The notes beneath the pieces are model-generated. The model saw only the letters and a program-made list of their open reading frames with translations, did no database searches and was not told the DNA's origin. A DNA stretch of 64,000 nucleotides from Candidatus Krumholzibacteriota bacterium (GTDB lineage: Bacteria > Krumholzibacteriota > Krumholzibacteriia > JAJRXK01): positions 199,739 through 263,738 of the forward strand of contig CAVXTH010000009.1 of NCBI GenBank assembly GCA_963764625.1, in the 5' to 3' direction. Below, piece after piece: positions 37,280 through 46,477 of this stretch. Within the stretch, counting starts at the first letter, position 1. Every line of letters starts with the position of its first letter. A program made the translations under genes and the position numbers.

Positions 37280-38323
37280 ATGCGAATTCTGGTCACCGGT
37301 CACCGAGGGTACGTTGGTTCCGTTCTGGTTCCCCACCTTCAGAGCCTCGGTCACGAACTGAGCGGCATGGACATTGATCTCTACCGCAGGTGCAGCTACG
37401 GGAAGAATCCCATCGAGATTCCCGCAGTGGAAAAGGACATCCGCGATGCCGTCGCGGAGGATTTCACGGGGGTGGAGGCCGTCGTTCATCTGGCCGCCCT
37501 CTCCAACGATCCCCTCGGCGATCTCAACCCACAGCTGACCTGGGCCATCAACCACGAAGGTGCGGCCCGAGTGGCGAGAGAGGCGCGCAAGGCCGGGGTC
37601 AAGCGCTTCGTCATGGCTTCCACTTGCAGCAATTACGGAGCGGGAGACGATCGACCGGTCAAAGAGGACGCTCCCCTGCATCCGCTGACTCCCTACTCGC
37701 AGTCGAAAGTGAAAGCCGAGCAAGAAATCACCCTGCTCGCAACCGAAGAGTTCACGCCGACCTTTCTCCGCTTCGCGACGGCTTACGGAGTCTCGCCTCG
37801 GCTGCGCTTCGACATCGTTCTGAACAACCTCTCGGCCTGGGCCTACACTACCGGCAAGGTGCATCTCAAGAGCGACGGATCTCCGTGGCGCCCTCTCATC
37901 CATGTGGAGGACATGGCGCGCGCGTTCGGTGCGGTTCTCGCAGCGCCCTGCGATACGATTCGTGGAGAGGCCTTCAACGTGGCTCCTCCGGGGGAAAACT
38001 ACCGGATCCGTCAGCTGGCGGAGATCGTCAAGGAAGCGCGCCCCGGGTGCGAATTGGAATTGGCGGAAGGGGCTTCCGCGGACGCTCGCAACTACCAGGT
38101 GGACGTGAGCAAGATTCAGGAGCGCATTCCGGCCTTCAAACCCGTGTGGAACGCGACCAAGGGAGCGCGACAGCTGCTCGACGCCTACACGAGCAATGGG
38201 CTCGAGCTCGAGGAATTCGAAGGTCCGACCTACAACCGCATCGATCACGTTCGAATGCTGCTTAGGGAGGGTTACCTGACCACCGACTTGCGCTGGACGG
38301 GGAAGTCCGGCCCGAGTGATTGA
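37280..38323 (+). CDS. NAD-dependent epimerase/dehydratase (extended SDR family)
   Basis: Rossmann motif VTGHRGYVGS; catalytic YSQSK. Confidence 0.85.
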   Translation: MRILVTGHRGYVGSVLVPHLQSLGHELSGMDIDLYRRCSYGKNPIEIPAVEKDIRDAVAEDFTGVEAVVHLAALSNDPLGDLNPQLTWAINHEGAARVAREARKAGVKRFVMASTCSNYGAGDDRPVKEDAPLHPLTPYSQSKVKAEQEITLLATEEFTPTFLRFATAYGVSPRLRFDIVLNNLSAWAYTTGKVHLKSDGSPWRPLIHVEDMARAFGAVLAAPCDTIRGEAFNVAPPGENYRIRQLAEIVKEARPGCELELAEGASADARNYQVDVSKIQERIPAFKPVWNATKGARQLLDAYTSNGLELEEFEGPTYNRIDHVRMLLREGYLTTDLRWTGKSGPSD

Positions 38324-38333
38324 GGAGAGAACC

Positions 38334-39587
38334 GTGAGCGAGAAGAATACGACCGCCCCGGCGTCCGTCTGTCGATCATGCGGCGAGCCGCTCGGCGAAA
38401 TCTTCGTCGATTTGGGCATGTCTCCGCCCTGCGAGAGCTATCTCGCGGCGGATGAGATCCATTCGATGGAACCGTTCTATCCACTCGTGGTGTACGTCTG
38501 CGACAAGTGCTGGTTGGTGCAGCTCGAGGAGGTCGTGGCCCCGGGCGACATCTTCCGCGACTACGCCTATTTTTCGGCCTACTCCACTTCCTGGGTGGAG
38601 CACGCGCGGCGTTACACCGAGCAGATGATCGAGCGCCTCGGCTTGACCCGAGACAGTTTCGTGGTGGAAGTCGCCAGCAACGACGGCTATCTGCTCCAGC
38701 ATTTCGTCCAGAAGGGCATTCCCTGCCTCGGAGTCGATCCCGCCGAGAACGTGGCGGTGGAGGCGGCGGAAAGGGGAGTGGAAACGCTCACCGAGTTCTT
38801 CGGCAGCGAGTTCGCGGAGGAATTGGTGAAGGACCGGGGGAAGGCCGATCTCATCGTGGGGAACAACGTGTTGGCGCAGGTTCACGAAGTCAATGACTTC
38901 GTGGAGGGCATGCGGGTGCTCCTCGCCGAGGGAGGTACCATCACCCTGGAGTTTCCCCATCTTTTGCAGCTGATGGAGCAGAATCAGTACGACACGATCT
39001 ACCACGAACATTATTCCTACTTCTCGCTTCTGGCGGTGGAGAGGATTTTCAGCGCCCACGGATTGCGCACCTGCCACATCGAGGAACTGAGCACGCACGG
39101 GGGATCGCTGAGGGTCCACGCGTGCCACGAGGACGATCCCCGTCCAGAGGACAAGAGCGTGGCGGCGATCCGCGAGCAGGAAGCGAAGGCCGGACTGAAC
39201 GGCCTGGTGGCCTATCGCGAATTCCAGGAGAGAGTGCACGCGCAGAAACGCGATCTCCTCGAGTTCCTCATCGAGGCCCGCCGCGCCGGCAAGCGAGTGG
39301 CGGGATACGGCGCGCCGGGCAAGGGCAATACCCTGCTCAACTACTGCGGGGTTCGCGGGGACTTTCTCGAGTTCACCGTCGACCGAAACCCCCACAAGCA
39401 GGGAAAGTTCCTGCCGGGAACCCACATTCCGATTCTGCCTCCGGAAGCCATCGCGCAGCGAAAACCAGACTATCTGTTCATCCTTCCCTGGAACCTGAAG
39501 GACGAAATCATGGAGCAGAACGCATTCATCCGCGAGTGGGGCGGATCGTTCGTGGTTCCCATTCCCAAGGTCGAGGTTATCCCATGA
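38334..39587 (+). CDS. C-methyltransferase family protein with N-terminal Zn-ribbon (nucleotide-sugar C-methyltransferase-like)
   Basis: GTG 38334 after GGAGA; CRSCG...CDKC zinc ribbon, methyltransferase core (VEVASNDGYLL), C-terminal C-MT domain. Confidence 0.75.
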   Translation: MSEKNTTAPASVCRSCGEPLGEIFVDLGMSPPCESYLAADEIHSMEPFYPLVVYVCDKCWLVQLEEVVAPGDIFRDYAYFSAYSTSWVEHARRYTEQMIERLGLTRDSFVVEVASNDGYLLQHFVQKGIPCLGVDPAENVAVEAAERGVETLTEFFGSEFAEELVKDRGKADLIVGNNVLAQVHEVNDFVEGMRVLLAEGGTITLEFPHLLQLMEQNQYDTIYHEHYSYFSLLAVERIFSAHGLRTCHIEELSTHGGSLRVHACHEDDPRPEDKSVAAIREQEAKAGLNGLVAYREFQERVHAQKRDLLEFLIEARRAGKRVAGYGAPGKGNTLLNYCGVRGDFLEFTVDRNPHKQGKFLPGTHIPILPPEAIAQRKPDYLFILPWNLKDEIMEQNAFIREWGGSFVVPIPKVEVIP

Positions 39588-40132
39588 CCTTCCATCCCAC
39601 GGAAATCGAAGGCGCCTACACTATCGAAGTCGAGAAACTCGTGGATGAGCGGGGCTTCTTTGCGCGTTCGTTTTGCCGGGAGGAATTTCAAGAGCATGGC
39701 CTGGATCCCTTGATCGATCAGTGCAATATTTCGGGAAATCTGAAGCGTGGCACCTTCCGCGGTCTTCACGCCCAGCTCCCGCCTCACCAGGAAAACAAGC
39801 TGGTTCGTTGCGAGAAGGGAGCGCTCTACGATATCTGTCTCGACCTCAGGCCCGATTCGCCCAGCTACCTGCGGCATTTCGGCATCGAGCTGAGCGGGGA
39901 AAACCGCCGCATGCTCTACATCCCCAAGGGGTGTTACCACGGCTTCATCACCCTGGCCGATGATACGGTGGTGTTCTATCAGCTCTCCCACGGGTACGCG
40001 CCAAAGCACGCGCGAGGGGTGAGATGGAACGATCCGGTGTTCAAAATCGAGCTTCCCATCGAAATCGAAGTGATCAACGAGCGGGACGCAAACTATCCCG
40101 ACTACCAGCCGGTGGAAAAGGGCCGATCATGA
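39584..40132 (+). CDS. NDP-4-dehydro-6-deoxyhexose 3,5-epimerase (RmlC-like cupin)
   Basis: ATG 39584 overlaps upstream stop (ATGA); RmlC motifs DERGFF, RGLHAQ, KLVRC, YIPKGCYHGF. Confidence 0.85.
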   Translation: MTFHPTEIEGAYTIEVEKLVDERGFFARSFCREEFQEHGLDPLIDQCNISGNLKRGTFRGLHAQLPPHQENKLVRCEKGALYDICLDLRPDSPSYLRHFGIELSGENRRMLYIPKGCYHGFITLADDTVVFYQLSHGYAPKHARGVRWNDPVFKIELPIEIEVINERDANYPDYQPVEKGRS

Positions 40133-41448
40133 ACGACGCGAGACTCATGCATTGGTCGCTCGTTCAGCGAGAGAGCGAAGGCCGAGCGATGCACGAGCTC
40201 GCGACGGAACTCTATCCCCTGGCCCGGTCCATCACCGGGGACGGTCTGCGCGCCACTCTGAATCGACTGGGCGAAGGTCTGCCGTTTCATCTTCACGAGG
40301 TGAAGACCGGAACGCCGATTCTGGACTGGACGGTTCCCAAGGAGTGGAACTGTAGGGAGGCCTGGATCAAGGGACCTGATGGCGAGATCGTCGTCGACTA
40401 CGCGCGGTCCAATCTGCATCTCATGGGATACAGCACGCCGCTGCACGAGCGCATGCCTTTGGAGCGGCTCCAGAAGCATCTGTATTCGCTACCCGAACAA
40501 CCCGACTCTATTCCCTGGAAGACCTCCTACTACCAGGAGAATTGGGGGTTTTCCCTGCCGCATCGTGAGCGGGAGAAGCTCGTCGAGGGAGAGTATGAGG
40601 TCTTCATCGATGCAAGCCTGAAGGAGGGGAGCCTCAGCTACGGGGAAATTGTCTTGCCGGGACGCAGGGAAGAGGAAATCCTCATTTCTGCCCACGCCTG
40701 CCATCCCTCTCTCGCGAACGACAATCTCTCAGGGCTGGTGGTCACCCGGGCCCTGGCTTGGCACCTGGCCGAACGGCCGCGGCGTTTCACCTATCGCTTT
40801 GTCTACGCGCCGGGAACCGTGGGGGCCATCGCCTGGATCGCGCGCAACCAGGAGTTGCTCGGACTCATCCGGGGCGGGTTGATCGTGGCGGGAGTGGGTG
40901 ACCAGGGCGGATTTACCTACAAGCGCAGTCGCGCCGGTAGCGCCGAATTGGATCGAATCGTGACCAGGATCCTCCACGAATCCGGGGAGGATCACCAAAT
41001 CGTCGACTTCAGCCCGGACGGCTACGACGAACGCCAGTACAACTCTCCCGGGGTTGGTCTGCCGGTGGGTCGTCTGTCGCGCACCCCCTGGGGAAGCTAT
41101 CCCCAGTACCACACCTCTGGCGACGATCTTGCGTTTCTTTGCGGGGAGAGTCTGGCGGGTTCGCTCGAGGTTCTGTTGCGGGTTTGCGGCGAGCTGGAGG
41201 ACAATACCTACTACCGGAACTTGCTACCGGTGGGAGAGCCTCAGTTGGGTCGAAGAGGCCTGTACACGGTTCTGGGCGGGCATCGGGGCAAGAGCGAGCG
41301 CGAGTCCGCCATGCTCTGGCTCTTGAATTTTTCCGATGGGGCTCATTCGTTGAGAGATCTCGAGGAGCTCTCGGGGCACAAGAGCAGCCTCTTGGCCGAG
41401 ATGGCCAAAGTGCTCGAGGAACACGAGCTACTCCGTAGGGAGGATTGA
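40129..41448 (+). CDS. Aminopeptidase-like (M28 fold) domain protein, DUF4910-type
   Basis: ATG 40129 overlaps upstream stop (ATGA); metal-ligand-like motifs HACHPSLANDNLSG, DGYDERQ, YHTSGDD. Confidence 0.55.
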   Translation: MNDARLMHWSLVQRESEGRAMHELATELYPLARSITGDGLRATLNRLGEGLPFHLHEVKTGTPILDWTVPKEWNCREAWIKGPDGEIVVDYARSNLHLMGYSTPLHERMPLERLQKHLYSLPEQPDSIPWKTSYYQENWGFSLPHREREKLVEGEYEVFIDASLKEGSLSYGEIVLPGRREEEILISAHACHPSLANDNLSGLVVTRALAWHLAERPRRFTYRFVYAPGTVGAIAWIARNQELLGLIRGGLIVAGVGDQGGFTYKRSRAGSAELDRIVTRILHESGEDHQIVDFSPDGYDERQYNSPGVGLPVGRLSRTPWGSYPQYHTSGDDLAFLCGESLAGSLEVLLRVCGELEDNTYYRNLLPVGEPQLGRRGLYTVLGGHRGKSERESAMLWLLNFSDGAHSLRDLEELSGHKSSLLAEMAKVLEEHELLRRED

Positions 41449-41449
41449 C

Positions 41450-42766
41450 ATGAGCGGTGATCGTTACACACGTTCCCGAGACTTCAGCCAACGAGCGCAC
41501 GGAGTCATCCCCGGAGGATGCCACACCTACGCCAAGGGCGACGACCAGTATCCCGAGCAGGCGCCGGGAATGATCGAGAAGGGCAGCGGCTGCCACGTGT
41601 GGGATGTCGACGGGAACGAATTCATCGAATACGGCATGGGTCTGAGGGCGGTCACCCTGGGTCACGCCTACCCGGAAGTGGTGGATGCGGTGCGCAAGCA
41701 GATCGAAAAGGGCACCAACTTCTCGCGTCCCTCTCGCCTCGAGGTGGAGTGCGCCGAATCGCTGCTCGACATTCTGCCCGGCGCGGAGATGGCGAAATTC
41801 TGTAAGGACGGCTCGACCACGACCGCGGCGGCCCTTCGCCTGGCGCGAGCACACACGGGTCGCGAGAAGATCGCATATTGCCAAGACCATCCCTTCTTTT
41901 CCTACGAAGATTGGTTCATGGGCACGACCGAATTGAATGCGGGCATTCCCCAGGCGATTTCACGTCTCAGCCTGCCCTTTTCGTACAACGACGCTGAGAG
42001 CGTAGAGCGCCTCTTCGCGGAGAACGAGGGCCAGATCGCCGCGCTCATCATGGAGGCGGAAAGGGAGACGCCCCCGCGGGACGAGTTTCTCGCGCGCACC
42101 CAAGAGCTCTGCCGGAAGAACGGAACCCTATTCGTGCTCGACGAGATGATCACCGGATTCCGTTGGGATCTGCGCGGAGCCCAGAAGGTCTACGGCCTGC
42201 AGCCGGACCTCTCGTGCTTCGGCAAGGCGATGTCCAACGGCTTTGCTCTTTCGGCGCTGGTGGGAAAGCGTGAGGTCATGGAGCTGGGGGGCTACGGCCA
42301 CGATCGGGACCGGGTCTTTCTGCTCTCCACCACGCACGGCGCGGAAACCCACGCCCTAGCGGCTGGCCTGGCGGTGATGAAGGTCTATCGCCGCGAAGAC
42401 GTCGTTGGAACTCTTCATCGTCAGGGAGAGAGACTGCGACTTGGGGTCGAGGAAGTCGTGAATCGAATGGGGATCGGCGATCATTTCGGAGTCGGAGGGC
42501 GCGACTGCAACCTCGTCTACATCACCAAGGACGAGAAGGGAAACCGCTCGCAGAAGTTCCGCACTCTCTTCATGCAGGAGATCATCAAACGGGGGATCTT
42601 GGGTCCGTCCTTCGTCATCTCGTATTCGCACAGCGACGCCGACATCGATCGAACGGTCGAGGCGGTGGCCGGCGCGCTGGAAGTCTATGCCAAAGCCCTC
42701 ACCGACGGGGTGGACCGATACCTGCAAGGCAGGCCGGTGAAGCCGGTGGATCGACGGCGTGGTTGA
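41450..42766 (+). CDS. Class III PLP-dependent aminotransferase (glutamate-1-semialdehyde aminomutase-like)
   Basis: GGGAGG SD; motifs DEMITGFRW and PLP-lysine region FGKAMSNG. Confidence 0.85.
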   Translation: MSGDRYTRSRDFSQRAHGVIPGGCHTYAKGDDQYPEQAPGMIEKGSGCHVWDVDGNEFIEYGMGLRAVTLGHAYPEVVDAVRKQIEKGTNFSRPSRLEVECAESLLDILPGAEMAKFCKDGSTTTAAALRLARAHTGREKIAYCQDHPFFSYEDWFMGTTELNAGIPQAISRLSLPFSYNDAESVERLFAENEGQIAALIMEAERETPPRDEFLARTQELCRKNGTLFVLDEMITGFRWDLRGAQKVYGLQPDLSCFGKAMSNGFALSALVGKREVMELGGYGHDRDRVFLLSTTHGAETHALAAGLAVMKVYRREDVVGTLHRQGERLRLGVEEVVNRMGIGDHFGVGGRDCNLVYITKDEKGNRSQKFRTLFMQEIIKRGILGPSFVISYSHSDADIDRTVEAVAGALEVYAKALTDGVDRYLQGRPVKPVDRRRG

Positions 42767-42819
42767 GGTAGACGGATCGCACCGACGACCGAGCTCGAGC
42801 GAAGCAGAGGAATGAGATC

Positions 42820-43617
42820 ATGAAAGTTGTCTTGTTTTGTGGTGGATTGGGATTGCGTCTTCGCGATTACTCCGAAGACTTGCCCAAGCCGATGGTGAGA
42901 GTAGGGAAGCACCCGATTCTGTGGCAGGTGATGCGCTATTATGCCCACTTTGGCCACAAAGATTTTATCTTGTGTCTGGGCTACAAAGGGGAAGTCATCA
43001 AGGACTATTTCCTGAACTACGAGGAGTGCATGTCCAACGACTTCATCCTCTCCGACGGTGGCCGGCGCATCGAGCTCTTCAATCAGGATGTCGAGGACTG
43101 GACCATCACCTTCGTCGATACGGGTATCGAAGCCAGCATCGGGGAGCGACTGAAGGCGGTGCAGCCGCACTTGAAGGGCGAGGATGTCTTCCTGGCCAAC
43201 TACACCGATGGCCTGACCGACCTCGATCTGAACCAGTATCTGGATTTCGCCACGGAACAGGACAAGATCGCAACGTTCTTGTCGGTGCGACCCACCGCCA
43301 GCTTCCACGTGGTCGAATCCGATCCCGACGGAAGCGTCACCAGGATTTCGCCAGTCGATGAGGCGACACGAATCAATTGTGGCTATTTCGTGTTGAAGCA
43401 GCAGATTTTCGACGAAATGCGCGAGGGAGACGACCTGGTCACGGCGCCGTTCCAGCGCCTCATCGCGAAGCAGCAACTGGCGACCTTCAACCACGAGGGA
43501 TTCTGGGAGTGCATGGATACTTTCAAGGATCGCCAGATGCTGGAGACCATGGTGCGCGCGGGAGACAAGCCCTGGCAGGTGTGGGCCAAGAACCGCACTC
43601 CTTCTGGCCCGCGTTGA
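42820..43617 (+). CDS. rfbF: Glucose-1-phosphate cytidylyltransferase
   Basis: N-terminal nucleotidyltransferase motif VLFCGGLGLRLRDYSEDLPKPMV; 265 aa typical length; visibly lower GC than neighbours. Confidence 0.85.
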   Translation: MKVVLFCGGLGLRLRDYSEDLPKPMVRVGKHPILWQVMRYYAHFGHKDFILCLGYKGEVIKDYFLNYEECMSNDFILSDGGRRIELFNQDVEDWTITFVDTGIEASIGERLKAVQPHLKGEDVFLANYTDGLTDLDLNQYLDFATEQDKIATFLSVRPTASFHVVESDPDGSVTRISPVDEATRINCGYFVLKQQIFDEMREGDDLVTAPFQRLIAKQQLATFNHEGFWECMDTFKDRQMLETMVRAGDKPWQVWAKNRTPSGPR

Positions 43618-43630
43618 AACGAGGTGGCGG

Positions 43631-44284
43631 ATGATGAATCTCGGCTTGGGCAAAGGAGCGCTGAAGGTCCTGTGTCTGGGGGCGCACCCCGACGACATCG
43701 AAATCGGTTGCGGGGGCACACTTCTGGAAATGCTCGGACAGGGGCGAGAAATTCATCTCCGCTGGGTCGTGTTCGCCGCCGGGGGCGCCCGTCGCGCCGA
43801 GGCGCGTGCGGGCGCGGAGACCTTTGGAAAGAAAGCCTCCTCGCTGCAGACCGTTTTTCACGAATTCGAGGACGGCTTCCTTCCCTACGAGGGCGAAGCG
43901 GTGAAGCGAAGGTTCGAGGAGCTGAAGAACGGCGCCAATCCGGATCTCATCCTCACCCATTGGAGCGGTGATCTGCACCAGGATCATCGCCTGGTGAACG
44001 AACTCTGCCTCAACACCTTCCGCGACCACCTCATCCTCGAGTTCGAGATTCCCAAGTACGACGGCGACCTGGGGAGACCCAACTTCTACCTACCGCTCAG
44101 CCGTGCCAGCATGCAGGCCAAAGTCGATGGGCTAAAGAGCTGCTTTCCTTCTCAGAGCAAGAAGGATTGGTTCGATGAGGAGCTCTTTCGCGGGCTGGCG
44201 AGAATTCGCGGAATGGAATGCCGCGCCAAGGATGGTTACGCGGAAGCCTTCTATCTGCGCAAAGCCCGGCTCTCTTTCTCCTAG
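43631..44284 (+). CDS. PIG-L/LmbE family deacetylase
   Basis: Zn-binding motif GAHPDDIEIGCGGT and HxxH region (DLHQDHRL). Confidence 0.85.
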   Translation: MMNLGLGKGALKVLCLGAHPDDIEIGCGGTLLEMLGQGREIHLRWVVFAAGGARRAEARAGAETFGKKASSLQTVFHEFEDGFLPYEGEAVKRRFEELKNGANPDLILTHWSGDLHQDHRLVNELCLNTFRDHLILEFEIPKYDGDLGRPNFYLPLSRASMQAKVDGLKSCFPSQSKKDWFDEELFRGLARIRGMECRAKDGYAEAFYLRKARLSFS

Positions 44285-44314
44285 AAAGAAGGCGGATCTC
44301 CCGGACGCATGGGG

Positions 44315-46291
44315 CTAGGCCGTTTCGTTGCGCGAACGATGCTCCTCGATGAGGTGCTTCACCACATCCGGATCGGCCAGAGTGGAGATGTCCCCCAATC
44401 CGTCATACTGCGAGGATGCGATCTTCCGCAGCAGGCGCCGCATGATCTTACCGCTTCGTGTCTTGGGTAAACCGCTCGCGATGTGAATCACGTCGGGCGC
44501 CGCGAAGCCTCCGATCGCATGACGAACTTGTTCACGAAGCGCGCCGCTGATGTCATCCACCCCCACCTTGCTCTCACCGGCGGACAGCACCACGTAGGCG
44601 TAGATCCCGGTGCCCTTGATCTCATGCGGGACTCCCACCACCGCCGCTTCCGCGACCAGATCGTGCGCAATCAAGGCGCTTTCGATTTCAGCGGTTCCGA
44701 GACGGTGACCCGAGACGTTGAGTACGTCGTCGATCCTTCCCGTGATCCAATAGTCACCGTCTTCGTCACGCGTGCATCCATCGCCGGTGAAGTAGTAGCC
44801 AGGGTACTGTGTGAAATAGGTTTGCTTGAAGCGCTGGTGATCGCCCCACACGGTACGGGCTTGCCCCGGCCAGGGAGTCGCCAGGCATAGCGCTCCTTTG
44901 ACCCCGTCGCCCTCCAGAACGGTGCCCTTCTCCGGATCGAGAATGATGGGCTTGATGCCGAAAAACGGCAGCATGGCGGCGCCGGGCTTGGTGGGGGTGA
45001 CCCCGGGCAGCGGCGTGATGAGGATCCCCCCCGTCTCGGTTTGCCACCAGGTATCCACTACCGCACAGCAACCTCTCCCCACCACGTCGTGATACCACTT
45101 CCAGATCTCGGGATTGATGGGTTCGCCCACCGTGCCCAGGATGCGCAAGCTCTTCAGCTCGTACTTCTTGACCCACTCGTCTCCAGCTCTTGCGATGGCG
45201 CGAAGCGCGGTGGGCGCGGTATAGAAGATCGTGATCCCCAGGTCCTGGACCATGCGCCAGTAACGCCCGGGATCGGGATGGTTGGGAGTCGATTCGAACA
45301 GCACCGTGGTGGCGCCGTTGGCCAAAGGACCGTAGAGGATGTACGAGTGTCCGGTGATCCAACCGATGTCGGCAGCGCAGCAATAGACGTCTTCCGGATG
45401 ATAGTCGAACACGTATTTGTGCGTAACCGCCGCGTAGACCATGTACCCGCCAGTCGTGTGGAGCACGCCCTTGGGCTGACCGGTGCTGCCCGAAGTGTAG
45501 AGAATGAAGAGCGGGTCCTCCGCGCCCATCCACTCCACGGTACAGGTGGCACGTTGCTTATGGGACTCCTCGTCGAGCCAGAGATCGCGGCCCACCGTCA
45601 TGGGGGTCTGTGACTCGGTTCGTCTGGCGACCAGAACCGTCTTCACGAAGTCCATCCCTTCGACGGCCCGGTCGCAGATCTGTTTCAAGGGGATGCGTTT
45701 GCCTCCGCGCAGGCCCTCGTTGGCGGTGATGACTATCTGAGCCCTCGCGTCCACGATGCGATCGCGCAGTGCTTCGGCGCTGAAGCCTCCGAAAACCACT
45801 GAATGCACTGCGCCGATGCGCGCACATGCCAGCATTGAGAAGGCCAGCTCCGGAATCATCGGCATGTACATGCAGACGCGATCGCCCTTCTTCACCCCGT
45901 GGGCCTTCAACACGTTTGCGATACGACACACCTCGTGCTTCAACTCGCGGTAGGTGATGTGTCGATAGGTGCCCGCCTCGTCGCTGGCCCAGATGAGAGC
46001 GGTCTTGTCGCCCTTCTCGGCCAAATGCCGGTCGACGCAATTGTAGCAGGCATTCAGACGGCCGCCGGAGAACCAGGCGAAATCGACCTCGTCGTAATCG
46101 GCGTCGAACACGGTGTTCCAGGGGTGAAACCACTCGAGCGTCTTGGCCTGTTCGGACCAGAACCACTGCGGGTTGTCCAACGAAAGTCGATAGAGTCGTT
46201 CGTACTCTTCCATGCTCTGGATGTGGGCAGATTTCCGAATGTGATCTTTTACGGGGTAGATCTCTGGCACCTCGACCTCCTGAACTCGCAT
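44315..46291 (-). CDS. acs: Acetyl-coenzyme A synthetase (AMP-forming)
   Basis: 658 aa; AMP-binding motifs YTSGSTGQPKG, WWQTETGG, C-terminal GLPKTRSGKIMRRLLRKI. Confidence 0.95.
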   Translation of the reverse strand: MRVQEVEVPEIYPVKDHIRKSAHIQSMEEYERLYRLSLDNPQWFWSEQAKTLEWFHPWNTVFDADYDEVDFAWFSGGRLNACYNCVDRHLAEKGDKTALIWASDEAGTYRHITYRELKHEVCRIANVLKAHGVKKGDRVCMYMPMIPELAFSMLACARIGAVHSVVFGGFSAEALRDRIVDARAQIVITANEGLRGGKRIPLKQICDRAVEGMDFVKTVLVARRTESQTPMTVGRDLWLDEESHKQRATCTVEWMGAEDPLFILYTSGSTGQPKGVLHTTGGYMVYAAVTHKYVFDYHPEDVYCCAADIGWITGHSYILYGPLANGATTVLFESTPNHPDPGRYWRMVQDLGITIFYTAPTALRAIARAGDEWVKKYELKSLRILGTVGEPINPEIWKWYHDVVGRGCCAVVDTWWQTETGGILITPLPGVTPTKPGAAMLPFFGIKPIILDPEKGTVLEGDGVKGALCLATPWPGQARTVWGDHQRFKQTYFTQYPGYYFTGDGCTRDEDGDYWITGRIDDVLNVSGHRLGTAEIESALIAHDLVAEAAVVGVPHEIKGTGIYAYVVLSAGESKVGVDDISGALREQVRHAIGGFAAPDVIHIASGLPKTRSGKIMRRLLRKIASSQYDGLGDISTLADPDVVKHLIEEHRSRNETA

Positions 46292-46477
46292 GGATCCGTG
46301 GGGAACGGGCCGCCAAGCGCGACCACTTCATTTTAGCGGAAGTTCTCTCTTCCATGTAGTGAAGATCTCTGCTCCTTGACGGGGCGGTCGCTCATGACCG
46401 AGACTGGCGCCATGTCAGTTCCACCTGCCCAATTCGAAGCCCAACCGCGGAATCGCCGCGCGATCGGACGCACGAGC

